DNA of 36,361 bases. It comes from a virus (taxonomy: Duplodnaviria; Caudoviricetes). Positions within the stretch are counted from its first letter, which is position 1, and each line of letters begins with the position of its first letter. Under the pieces are notes generated by a model. It ran no database searches. It had not been told where the DNA came from and worked only from the letters and a program-made list of their open reading frames with translations. Both the position numbers and the translations under genes were made by a program. Location of the stretch: positions 1 to 36,361 of IMG/VR virus record IMGVR_UViG_3300037851_000025, one strand, 5' to 3'. This document shows, one piece after another, positions 23,446 through 31,958 of the stretch.

Positions 23446-24485
23446 CCAAGGAACTCGGCCCATTGCTTGCCCACGGTCTCGCGGTCGAACAGCTCCCGCG
23501 CGCGGGCGCGAGTCTTGGCGCTGGCGACGTGGGCCAGTTCGTGGTCTTCGAGCAGATGGCGCAGGATGTGGCGCACCTCATTGGGGTCGTCCGACGCCTT
23601 GAGCGCGATCTCGTGGCCCTCGAACATCTCGGCCGAGGTATGGCCGTCGTAGTCGATCCGCATCCACGATGGGCCGATGGACACGGTCGGGATGCCGTGG
23701 TGCATGGCCTCGATGAGGCCCAGCGTGTAGGAGGCCGGCTGGCTGCCGGTCCAGAGGAAGGCCCGCGAGTGCAGCAGGTACTCGCGCATGGCCTCGTAGG
23801 ACACCTGTCCCGCGCCGCCGATGACCTCGGAGCCGGGACCGACGGGCAGGCGCGGGAGGTCGCGCGTGGCCGTGTCCCAGAACTCCCAGTTGGTGAACGG
23901 GTCACGCTGGCGAAGGTGCTGGCTGACCTGGATGACGACGGGATCGTCACCGACCCAGTCCTCGTCCACCTGTTCGCCCCAGAAGCGGATGATGGCGTCG
24001 TGTCCGCTGTACTCGGGGATGTTCACCTCGCGCGGGCTGTAGGCCACTCGCTCGAGGCCGGAGACGCGGAAGGGCGCCGCCTCACGCTCATTGTTCTTGA
24101 CGCTCTGGCCGACACTGCGCCAGATGACGCGCCGGCCCTGGCCGCCCTTCATCCAGTCCTTCACGCGCGGCCACTGCCCGAACAGGCGCTCCAGTCGGTG
24201 GTGGTAGATGATGATGCCGTCGTCCCCGAGCCAATCAAGGACCGCGTCAGGGATGCGCTTCTGTGCTTCACCGAGGTTGTCGTCGCTGCCGATGGCATCG
24301 ACGGCGGCCTTGAGGTCGGGGAAGAAGGGCACCCCATCTGCCGGTGGCCGCTTCAGGTCATGCGGCTTGGAGGGCTCGATGTAGCCCCCGATGCTGAACA
24401 CCTCGTAGCCGAGGTCCGTCAGCAGGGTGAGCTGCTGCCACTCTTCGATGGAGTGACTGAGGCACAACAGGACGTGCTTGCCCAA
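23442..24485 (-). CDS. putative GT-B glycosyltransferase (347 aa)
   Basis: SYEAMREYLLHSRAFLWTGSQPASYTLGLIEAMHHGIPTV...ARARELFDRETVGKQWAEFL. TTG start with an AGGAGG RBS. Confidence 0.82.
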   Translation of the reverse strand: MGKHVLLCLSHSIEEWQQLTLLTDLGYEVFSIGGYIEPSKPHDLKRPPADGVPFFPDLKAAVDAIGSDDNLGEAQKRIPDAVLDWLGDDGIIIYHHRLERLFGQWPRVKDWMKGGQGRRVIWRSVGQSVKNNEREAAPFRVSGLERVAYSPREVNIPEYSGHDAIIRFWGEQVDEDWVGDDPVVIQVSQHLRQRDPFTNWEFWDTATRDLPRLPVGPGSEVIGGAGQVSYEAMREYLLHSRAFLWTGSQPASYTLGLIEAMHHGIPTVSIGPSWMRIDYDGHTSAEMFEGHEIALKASDDPNEVRHILRHLLEDHELAHVASAKTRARARELFDRETVGKQWAEFLG

Positions 24486-24488
24486 GGG

Positions 24489-24536
24489 TCGCTTCCTCCT
24501 AGCAAGGAAGCGAGGAGGGGCTAGGACCCTCCTCGC
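24489..24536 (-). promoter_or_regulatory. overlapping alternative RNA hairpins over the RBS of the first glycosyltransferase
   Basis: mRNA GCGAGGAGGG-UCCUAGC-CCCUCCUCGC (10 bp) overlaps UCGCUUCCU-UGCUAGG-AGGAAGCGA (9 bp). Confidence 0.6.
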
Positions 24537-24542
24537 ATGTGA

Positions 24543-25229
24543 TTAGCGGCGCGTGGCCCGGAACTCGCCGGGCCCAGCCTCCGGGCCGCTGAAGGTGATG
24601 TCGTACCCCGGCAGGAGCGCGAACAGGTCGTCGCTCGTGTGTCCGCCAACGGGGTGCCACTCACCCACGATGAGCGCGGCGTCCACGGAGCCCGCCGCGA
24701 AGAAGGGCCACTCCCCGCCCTCACAGTCGATCTTGATGAAGTCCACGCCGGGGAAGTCGGCGGGCGTCAGCGACGGGACGGTGACGCTCTTGTGGACGCC
24801 CGTGGGACTGCCCGTGATGGTGCTGTTGCCGACGAAGGCGTGGTGGAGGTCGTTCTCGTTGTCCCCGAAGGCGTAGCGCACGGTGACGGGGCTGCCGTCA
24901 CCCGCTGCCGCGCGCAGGAGGCGCAGGCGGTGCGCCACGCCGTTGGCTTCCGCGTTGCGCGCGATGAGGTCGGCGTTCTCGGGGATGGGCTCGACGCACT
25001 CGACCGTGAGGTTCGGGTTGTCGAGGAGCAGCGCGATGGCCACGGTGCCGAGGTAGCCGCCGATGTCCACCGCGCGCCCCGACAGGTACAGGTCACGCAG
25101 CCCGTACTCGTCCTCGGTCATCGAGGCGTTGGCAGTATTGGCGTCATTTGTGCCTTCGCGGACGTAGACGAGGGCACTTCGACCCCTCGGAGTGCGAAAC
25201 CATCCTGGCGTGATGTCGTAGCGAGCCAC
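24543..25229 (-). CDS. FkbM-family SAM-dependent methyltransferase
   Basis: AVDIGGYLG, CVEPIPENADLIARN, VDFIKIDCEGGEW, IVGEWH. Start at GTG 25229 with an AGGAG RBS (alternative GTG 25271). Confidence 0.88.
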   Translation of the reverse strand: MARYDITPGWFRTPRGRSALVYVREGTNDANTANASMTEDEYGLRDLYLSGRAVDIGGYLGTVAIALLLDNPNLTVECVEPIPENADLIARNAEANGVAHRLRLLRAAAGDGSPVTVRYAFGDNENDLHHAFVGNSTITGSPTGVHKSVTVPSLTPADFPGVDFIKIDCEGGEWPFFAAGSVDAALIVGEWHPVGGHTSDDLFALLPGYDITFSGPEAGPGEFRATRR

Positions 25230-25354
25230 GGCTTCTCCTAGCATTGCCTGTGTTACGTCAACCCTAGCCACTTGCTTGCGGGAACGCGCCTAGACAACAT
25301 GGCTGACGCGAAGTCGCGCTCGCGCCCGCTGGGGCGATTTGCCAGAAACCGCCT

Positions 25355-25663
25355 TCAGTCGTCGTAGTAGACGGTGACCTTCATGGACGACGTGAACGAG
25401 CACGTCAGGCCATTCGCGATGCGCACTCCGTAGCCGGTGATGGAAGCCGGCGGCGGGCTCGACGGGAACTGGCCGAAGTAGACGAACGGATTGAGGGCGG
25501 CAGCAGGGGAGTTGATATTCACCGCGGTGGCCCCGGCATCAGCGATGTCCATGAGGACGACCGTGCCCCCCGCTGCCGGCGTCACGGTCATGCCGTAATA
25601 GGTGCCGTCACCGCGGAAGATGTTGTGGGTCGAAGCGGTGGAGAGCAGGGTGGCCTGGGCCAT
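25355..25663 (-). CDS. putative small virion structural protein (102 aa)
   Basis: GGAGG RBS, beta-rich composition, second gene after the major capsid gene. Confidence 0.6.
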   Translation of the reverse strand: MAQATLLSTASTHNIFRGDGTYYGMTVTPAAGGTVVLMDIADAGATAVNINSPAAALNPFVYFGQFPSSPPPASITGYGVRIANGLTCSFTSSMKVTVYYDD

Positions 25664-25681
25664 GGGTCCTCCGTGGTGGGG

Positions 25682-25709
25682 GCGGGGAGGGGTGGGCGCC
25701 CCTCCCCGC
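25682..25709. other. 11-bp GC-rich inverted repeat without a U-tail
   Basis: GCGGGGAGGGG-N6-CCCCTCCCCGC, 6 nt after the upstream stop codon. Confidence 0.75.
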
Positions 25710-25715
25710 TGGGGT

Positions 25716-26114
25716 TCAACGCTTCAGGACTTCCATCACGATCGTCCAGGGGCCGCCCGCCGTGGAGGCGGTGCCGTACTCGGCGTAGGTCCCGGTGACG
25801 GTGGTCTGGAAGGCCAGCGGCTCCATGAGGTTGGAGACGGTGGATGGGTAGGACGGGCCCAGCACGGCATGCATGCCGGTCTTGAGCTGTATCGCCCCAG
25901 CGAAGTAGGCGCTGTTCCCCGTGGAACCGATGGACAGCAGCGCGCTCGTGGCCGCGTTGGACGCGGCGGGCGCGTACAGCCACAGGTTCATGGGGATGTC
26001 GCCGGCTTCGAGGACGAAGAGGTCCTTGGCGGTCGTATCGGTGCGTGCGACGCGGTTCGTGTACGTGACGACGGACCGCCCCGCGACCGAGGTCGAAGCG
26101 ACGCTCAGAGGCAT
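25716..26114 (-). CDS. putative capsid decoration / cement protein (132 aa)
   Basis: Immediately follows the major capsid gene with a strong AGGAGG RBS. Thr/Ala/Ser-rich beta composition. Confidence 0.55.
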   Translation of the reverse strand: MPLSVASTSVAGRSVVTYTNRVARTDTTAKDLFVLEAGDIPMNLWLYAPAASNAATSALLSIGSTGNSAYFAGAIQLKTGMHAVLGPSYPSTVSNLMEPLAFQTTVTGTYAEYGTASTAGGPWTIVMEVLKR

Positions 26115-26125
26115 GTGACTACCTC

Positions 26126-27478
26126 CTATGCACGCACGCCGGAGATGATGGCAACGGCGTCGGGCTGGAGGATGGCGACAGCCGAGCGCGCGATGGCGCG
26201 GGCCGCCGTCATGTCGTAGTCGAAGTAGATGTGCTCGGAGAAGGCGATCTCGATGCCCTGGCGGTCGAGGATGAGCACGTGTTCCTTCGCACCCATGATG
26301 ACCGACTCGCAGTCACTGGAGGTGCCGACCGTCCGGGCGATGGACTTCTGGCTCGAGAACCACATCGGGATGGTGTCGAGGATGACGCCCTTGGGGGCGG
26401 CACCGGGGATACCCGTGCCGAACGCCATCGGGGAGTTCACCCCGGTGCGGTTCGACATGATGTAGTTACCCGAGGCGTCCTTGATCTTCGCCAGGCTGTT
26501 GAGCAGCCGCGGGTGCGAGATCACGAAGTCCGCTTCGACGCCCACCAGCCGGAGGGCGTACTGGGTGTCGTAGAAGAGGTCGAAGTCCGGGGAGGCGCCG
26601 TTGGTGCCCGCGCTGACCGCGGTCACGCCGCTGTAGGCGACGAGGCCGTAGATCTGCGGGGCGCTGCCCGTGCCCTCGAGGTACTGGATGTCCTGCTGGA
26701 GCGCCACGTCGCGGACGAGCGTCCGGGCGAGGTATTCGTTCCACGCGGGGTCGGAGTCGGCGATCAGTTCGTTGCTGTACTTCCGGTAGCCGTACTGCTT
26801 CCGGATCGTGATGCTCTGATCGTCGAAGGTGGGGGTCTGCACGGAGAGCTGCGTCGCTTCGTTGCTCTGTGAGGCTCCGCCCTTGGCGGTCTCACGCGGG
26901 AGCGAGACGACGTTGGAGCGCACCGGCATCACGGCCACGCCAGCGTTGCGCAGCGCGATCGTGCTCTGCGGGTCGTAGGCGAAGCGGTCCTGCGCGAACT
27001 GCGTGGGGACCAACTCCTGGCCGTAATACTGGGTGCCTTCCGTGTTGTCGCGGACGGCGCGCTCGATGCGCTCGATGTCACCGACACCGCGCTCACCAAG
27101 CTCGAACAGCACCTCGGTCATCTCGGTGCGGTTCTTGGGCCAGATGATGGAGCGGTAGTTGCGGGTGGCGCCGAGCGACTCGTCGACGGGGTCGTTCTCG
27201 TCGGTCTTCTCGCCGCGGTAGCCGAAGATCTCGGAGGCCGCCTGCGTGATGTCCTTCTCGAACGCCTCGCTGGACTTCCAGCCGCCGCGGAAGGCGGCCT
27301 TCATGGCCACGCCGAGGCGCGGCAGGCCGTAGCGTCGGCGCGCGAACGAGGGAGCCGAGCGGACGGCCGCAGGGCGCTCCTCGGGAGCCGGGGTGTTGAT
27401 GGCACGGACGGACTCATCCACGGCGCTCTTGACGAGGGTCGTGAGTTCGTCCTTCGTGAGGGTCAATGCCTCACTCAT
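26126..27478 (-). CDS. HK97-fold major capsid protein with an N-terminal extension (delta-domain-like)
   Basis: ELVPTQFAQD, SLPRET, PTFDDQSITIRK, YSNELIADS, YLEGTGS, LAKIKDASGNYI, FDYDMTAARAIAR. Confidence 0.93.
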   Translation of the reverse strand: MSEALTLTKDELTTLVKSAVDESVRAINTPAPEERPAAVRSAPSFARRRYGLPRLGVAMKAAFRGGWKSSEAFEKDITQAASEIFGYRGEKTDENDPVDESLGATRNYRSIIWPKNRTEMTEVLFELGERGVGDIERIERAVRDNTEGTQYYGQELVPTQFAQDRFAYDPQSTIALRNAGVAVMPVRSNVVSLPRETAKGGASQSNEATQLSVQTPTFDDQSITIRKQYGYRKYSNELIADSDPAWNEYLARTLVRDVALQQDIQYLEGTGSAPQIYGLVAYSGVTAVSAGTNGASPDFDLFYDTQYALRLVGVEADFVISHPRLLNSLAKIKDASGNYIMSNRTGVNSPMAFGTGIPGAAPKGVILDTIPMWFSSQKSIARTVGTSSDCESVIMGAKEHVLILDRQGIEIAFSEHIYFDYDMTAARAIARSAVAILQPDAVAIISGVRA

Positions 27479-27494
27479 AGGGGGACTCTCCTTG

Positions 27495-28301
27495 CTAACT
27501 GGTGAGTGAACGGGCTCGCTCGATGGCGATGGCGGTGAACTCCGCGATGTCGGCGTCGGTCAGCATCCGCGCCGTCGCCGCAGATGACGTGATGGTCACC
27601 GTTGGCTCGGGTTGGGCTTCCGTTGTCGGCTCGGGGGTGCAGCGCGCTCCCATCTCGAGAGCGAGGGAGTGGAGGGCTTCGGGCTGGAGCGAGCGGACCA
27701 GCGACATGACGCTGTCGGTCATGGCCGGGACCGGCTCGGGCTCTGGTTCTGGCTCGGGCTCGACGGCCTCGAGGGCTTCGATGATGCGGATGGCGACCTC
27801 GGGCGCGTGCGCGACCGCGTCGGTCGAGCGGACGTGGTAGATCAGGGCTTCGGGGTTGCCGGGATTGGGGACGAGGCTCCATTCGACCCACGGCCATCGC
27901 TCCACGTCTCGGGTGGAACGGTTGATGCGGACGAGATGGTCCACGGCCCCGGAGGACAGGGCGAGCATGCCCTTGTCCACCAGTCCCAGGATCTCCTCCG
28001 CGTAGCGGTGAGCCTTGTCGATCTGTGCTTCCAGCCACCGACCACGACCTGGCTCCTCCCACGAGCGCAGCTCGCGCCCGATGACCTCGGTCTGCAACTC
28101 CTCGTCGAAGCCGTGCGAATAGAGGCCGGGGCGCCCGCCATCGGGGAACCACTCGAGCGCGAGGTCGGTGTTCGCTGAGAAGCGAGTCCCGTACAAGTCC
28201 TTGTCGCCAGCGATGGGGCCGGTGTAGGGCACGATGAGCCCAGAGATGATGCCCTGGTCGCGGTCGATGAAGCGCACGGCAAGGTCGGGTAGGTCAGGCA
28301 T
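27495..28301 (-). CDS. HK97-type prohead protease
   Basis: DKDLYGTRF, LYSHG, ALSSGA, WPWVEWSLVPNPGNPEA. Start reassigned to ATG 28301 (AGGAG RBS). C-terminal (EP)n linker. Confidence 0.88.
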   Translation of the reverse strand: MPDLPDLAVRFIDRDQGIISGLIVPYTGPIAGDKDLYGTRFSANTDLALEWFPDGGRPGLYSHGFDEELQTEVIGRELRSWEEPGRGRWLEAQIDKAHRYAEEILGLVDKGMLALSSGAVDHLVRINRSTRDVERWPWVEWSLVPNPGNPEALIYHVRSTDAVAHAPEVAIRIIEALEAVEPEPEPEPEPVPAMTDSVMSLVRSLQPEALHSLALEMGARCTPEPTTEAQPEPTVTITSSAATARMLTDADIAEFTAIAIERARSLTS

Positions 28302-28317
28302 GGGGTCGTCTCCTGTC

Positions 28318-31023
28318 TCAGAAACCGAGGAGCCCGAGCAGGAATAGCTCGTCCTCGCCCGTGTAATCAGTGGCGATGAACTTCGCGTCGTGGGCCGATG
28401 CGCTCGCGGCAGCGACGCCCGCGTGCGCGTAGACCTTCTCGGGGACCCGCGGCCACGGGCCGGGGAACGGCTTGGGCCAGATGCGCCCGGAAGTGTCGAT
28501 GCCCGTGCGCACCGTCGCGCCATAGGCCGTCGCGCTGACCTGTGCCACTCCGGCGTGGGCCGTGACGGCCCCACCCGTGGCGGTCGCGGTAGCGTCCTTG
28601 GCTTCTGCGATGGCGACCGCGAGGCCGGCGGCTGCGGTGACCTTGCCGGTCGCGGCATAGGCGGCGGCTGCGGCCTGTGCGACGCCAGCGGAGGCGGTGA
28701 CGTGGGAGGCCGTCGAGACGCTGGCTTGGTACACGGTGCCGGTCGCTTCCGCGACCCCGGCGACCGCGATGACCTTCGCGCTGACGCCCCACGCGGCCCC
28801 GATGGCAGCCGCCACGCCAGCATGCGCCACGACGCTCGCAGACGGCCGCAGAGCGGCGCTGGTGGCCGAAGCCGACCCTGCACTCGCCTTGACCTTCGCG
28901 GACGGCTGGCGGCCCGCTACGGCGACGGTCGCCGTGGTCGGGGACGCCGTGACCTGAGACCCGGCGCTCGCGTTGAGCGCGGCAGCGGTGACGGACGCGG
29001 CCCCGGCGGTGGCCCTGACCTTCGCCGTGACGCTCTGACCGGCAGCGGTCGCAGTAGCCGTAGCGTGGGTCGGCTTGACCTTGGCGCTGGGCTGCTGGCC
29101 GGCCGCGGTGGCCGCCGCTGTCGAGAGCGTCCCCGTGACCTTGCTGGATGGCGCCTGGGCGGTGGCGGTCGCAGTAGCGGTGACGGCTTCGGCCGTCTCG
29201 GAGGCTGCGGCAGAGACGGTTGCATCGAGCGCGGCTGCCGTGACGGCAGCGATGCCAGCGTTCGTCGTGACCTTGCCAGTGGCTGGCCCGGCCGCAGCTT
29301 CGCTGTTCGCCAGCGTGGCGCGCGTCTGGACCTTGACGCTGGGCGCCTGGGCGACCGTCACGACGGTCGCCGCTTCAGCGACAGCGGTGCGGCTGGGGTA
29401 GGCGTCAGCGTTGAGCGCGGCACCGGTCGCGGCAGCGACGCCAGCGTTGACGACGAGGTTCGCGGACGGGGCCAGCCCTGCCGCGGTGACGGTGGCAGCG
29501 GAGAGATTGCCCTTGACCTTGCCGGTCGCCGCGTTGGCCGCCGCGTTGGCCGTGGCGACGCCAGCGTTGGGCTTGACCTTCGCGCTCGCTACGTAGGCTG
29601 CTGCGGTCGCTGCGCCCTGCGTGGGCGCCTTGGGCTTGACCTTCGTGCTGGCAGCGTTGGCAGCGGAGGTGACGGTTGCCGTGACGGCGTTCGCCTTGGC
29701 GCTCCCGCCCGCCGTCGCGTTGAGCGCGGCACCGGTCGCGGCAGCGACGCCAGCGGACGCCTTGATCTTGGCGCTGGGTGTCTTGGCGCTGGTAGTGACC
29801 TCGCCACGGCCGGGGACGTTGACGGTGGTGCCGCTCGCCGTCGTGCCGATGAGGGCGAAACCGACGACGCCCCACGCATCGGAGGCGGTGATGGAGGCGG
29901 TGCCGCCGTCGATGGTGGAGCCAGAGCCGATGAGGACGTGGAAGTGCAAGTCATCCGTCGCATCCGCTGTCCAAGTTCCAGAGCTGCGCCGTGAGAGGTT
30001 CCCGCCACTATATGTAGAGGTGTCCTCGTAAGTGACTTGGTAGGCGTTGCTTTCATCCCTAGCGCCAGAACGACGCACCACGAGCCAGTACGTCGTGGTG
30101 GCAGAGAGCGTCGCACTGACGGGAAACTGGACCCACGTTAGCGAATAAGACGCCAGTTGCGATGCCGCGATAGAACCAGCGGAGCCGACGACCGTTCCCG
30201 ACGGTGCGCTTGAAGCGTCGGTCTGTATCTCGACGATGAGGTTGTCGGTCGGCGCGCCAACCTTCCCGCACCGTACAATAACGCCGGTGACGCTCCCCCC
30301 ACTGCCCGACGCGAAACTCTGGGCGACTTGCTCGTCTGTCCCTCCGGCGCCAAGTACATTCGTCTGCGAGCTCGTAGTCAGGTGGTTGGAGATGCCACCA
30401 GGGTAGGCCCACTGGAGCTGGATGGCGCCATCGGTCCCCGAGGACTCCGCGTACTCGGGGACTTCGACCCACGTCCCACCGCTCTGCCCGCTGAACTGGG
30501 CGATGGCGTTGTCGTCGTTGACGGCGACGAAGTTGACAGCGAGGCGGTCTGGGCCAAGGGTGGTGACGCTGGAGTCGGCGGCGGTGGCGCTCGTGCCGAC
30601 CGTGTTGACGGTGGCGCCTGCGGTGGCGTTCTCGATGACGGTCGCCAGCGTCGTGCCGGTCGAGACATCCGCGAACTCGTAGAAGCGGCAATACACATCT
30701 TCGGATGTGCTATTGGACCCGTACGCGATAGGCACTTGCGAAGATGTGCGGCGACCTATCCAAAGGTGTTGAAGGGCCGCTGTCGGACTGCCTACAGCAA
30801 ACTCACCGATGTAAGACATCGTTGAGCCGGTTCCGTCCAGAGCCGCTGCATAGGAAACGCTTGTGAGGCTGACCGCCCCGGACGTACTGCCGTCTTGGAG
30901 TATATGGAGGACAACGACGTTCCCGATGCTCGCTGACGTTATTTCGAGATTGGACGACACCTGCCACGCACCGCCAGCATCGGTGGCGCCTATACCGGAT
31001 GCATGGAAGCGTGGCGCAGCCAT
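28318..31023 (-). CDS. 901-aa Ala/Thr/Ser-rich repeat protein, putative virion fibre/adhesin
   Basis: N-terminal ~400-aa beta domains, then ~450 aa of AGxAxATxAAxxxxxKV repeats. Ends in EDELFLLGLLGF. Confidence 0.7.
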   Translation of the reverse strand: MAAPRFHASGIGATDAGGAWQVSSNLEITSASIGNVVVLHILQDGSTSGAVSLTSVSYAAALDGTGSTMSYIGEFAVGSPTAALQHLWIGRRTSSQVPIAYGSNSTSEDVYCRFYEFADVSTGTTLATVIENATAGATVNTVGTSATAADSSVTTLGPDRLAVNFVAVNDDNAIAQFSGQSGGTWVEVPEYAESSGTDGAIQLQWAYPGGISNHLTTSSQTNVLGAGGTDEQVAQSFASGSGGSVTGVIVRCGKVGAPTDNLIVEIQTDASSAPSGTVVGSAGSIAASQLASYSLTWVQFPVSATLSATTTYWLVVRRSGARDESNAYQVTYEDTSTYSGGNLSRRSSGTWTADATDDLHFHVLIGSGSTIDGGTASITASDAWGVVGFALIGTTASGTTVNVPGRGEVTTSAKTPSAKIKASAGVAAATGAALNATAGGSAKANAVTATVTSAANAASTKVKPKAPTQGAATAAAYVASAKVKPNAGVATANAAANAATGKVKGNLSAATVTAAGLAPSANLVVNAGVAAATGAALNADAYPSRTAVAEAATVVTVAQAPSVKVQTRATLANSEAAAGPATGKVTTNAGIAAVTAAALDATVSAAASETAEAVTATATATAQAPSSKVTGTLSTAAATAAGQQPSAKVKPTHATATATAAGQSVTAKVRATAGAASVTAAALNASAGSQVTASPTTATVAVAGRQPSAKVKASAGSASATSAALRPSASVVAHAGVAAAIGAAWGVSAKVIAVAGVAEATGTVYQASVSTASHVTASAGVAQAAAAAYAATGKVTAAAGLAVAIAEAKDATATATGGAVTAHAGVAQVSATAYGATVRTGIDTSGRIWPKPFPGPWPRVPEKVYAHAGVAAASASAHDAKFIATDYTGEDELFLLGLLGF
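29408..29755. repeat. exact 39-bp direct repeat within the fibre-like gene
   Basis: GCGTTGAGCGCGGCACCGGTCGCGGCAGCGACGCCAGCG at 29408-29446 and 29717-29755 (encodes AGVAAATGAALNA). Confidence 0.9.
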
Positions 31024-31259
31024 CAGATTGTCCCGCCGTAGTCGATGTCAGAGTCGTACACGAGGTCGCCGGGGCTGACGACCTCGTTGGAGCTCGTGTA
31101 GACGCGGATATGCTGGCCCGCGTCCTTGGCTTCCTTGGCCTGCACGAAGGCGGCGGCGCGCTCCGTCTGCGTGTCGGTCACGGAGGCGATGGGGATGTCG
31201 CGGACGATGCGCTCGGTGCCGTTGGGGCGCACAGAGACGATGCGGATGAACTCGGCCAC
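31023..31259 (-). CDS. hypothetical protein (78 aa)
   Basis: GTG at 31259 with a GAGG RBS (MAEFIRIVSVRPNG...). Stop overlaps the next ATG. Confidence 0.65.
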   Translation of the reverse strand: MAEFIRIVSVRPNGTERIVRDIPIASVTDTQTERAAAFVQAKEAKDAGQHIRVYTSSNEVVSPGDLVYDSDIDYGGTI

Positions 31260-31270
31260 GACGGGGAACC

Positions 31271-31732
31271 TCAGACGGTGACGGTGAAGATGCCTGAAGC
31301 GTTGAACGCCACTGTGAAGGTGCCATCGGTGACACTGTTGACGCCGCCGAAGTACAAGTAGCAGATGCCGTAGTCGCTGACGGCGTCGTCGTAGACGAGA
31401 CAGCCGTAGACGTTGGCGAGGGTCGCGCTCGTGCCGTCGCTCACCTCGTCGGCGGCGTCGAACGTGTAAACGTTGCTCGAGATGCCAGAGGTGATGGAGC
31501 CGAGCGCCTGGCCGGTGGCGGGCCACTCGGAGCCATCGGCCACCTCGTTGCCCGAGGCCGTCCACTGGCCCGCGTTGTACGCGGTGTTGGCGAGGGTGGC
31601 GGTCTTGTCGGGGGTGATGTCGTTGTCGTAGAGCGCGATCTTGATGGCGTCGAGGTCGAGGTCGATCGCCTGGCTGTTCTCCAGCACAGCCTCGAGGGTC
31701 GCGACGAACACGCCGCTCGCTGACCAGGCCAT
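31271..31732 (-). CDS. putative virion structural protein (153 aa)
   Basis: IDLDLDAIKIALY...YTFDAAD...DGTFTVAFNASGIFTV is a motif set I recognise from phage proteins that often precede fibre genes. ATG 31732 with an AGGAG RBS. Confidence 0.7.
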   Translation of the reverse strand: MAWSASGVFVATLEAVLENSQAIDLDLDAIKIALYDNDITPDKTATLANTAYNAGQWTASGNEVADGSEWPATGQALGSITSGISSNVYTFDAADEVSDGTSATLANVYGCLVYDDAVSDYGICYLYFGGVNSVTDGTFTVAFNASGIFTVTV

Positions 31733-31736
31733 ATCT

Positions 31737-31958
31737 TCAGTCTCCTGCTTGTGCGATGGCCTGCGCCAGCGCGGCTTCGGCGTCGGCAAGCTGCTGGCGC
31801 AACTGCTCGACCTTGACGGTGTACTTGTCCACCTGTTCGAGGCTCCTCGCCCGGCGCAGCGCCGCGCGTTCCTCGCGGATGAGCCGGTCAGTGTCTTCCT
31901 CCGCGGAGGCCGAGACGGTGGCGACCTCGGCCTGCGCGACGGTGTTCTGCTTGGGCAT
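31737..31958 (-). CDS. small coiled-coil protein (73 aa)
   Basis: TGATG-coupled start with an AGGAG upstream. Heptad-rich C-terminal half. Confidence 0.65.
   Translation of the reverse strand: MPKQNTVAQAEVATVSASAEEDTDRLIREERAALRRARSLEQVDKYTVKVEQLRQQLADAEAALAQAIAQAGD

Noticed and set aside
21131-25229. Serotype-conversion (gtrABC-like) moron or DNA glucosylation system
   Set aside because: There is no flippase or polytopic membrane GT, no isolating promoter or terminator, and no hydroxymethylase or TET/JBP gene in the window. Considered less likely than virion modification but not excluded.
25229-25354. Internal promoter for the cassette (minus-strand TTGACG near 25256-25261)
   Set aside because: No acceptable -10 hexamer at 16-18 nt spacing; the downstream TAGGAG is the RBS.
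27495-28883. 462-aa version of the protease, and similarly extended N-termini of recT, YqaJ, GT and XF1762 ORFs in the track
   Set aside because: The extensions overlap upstream genes and are low-complexity. Downstream starts with an RBS or stop/start overlap fit better.
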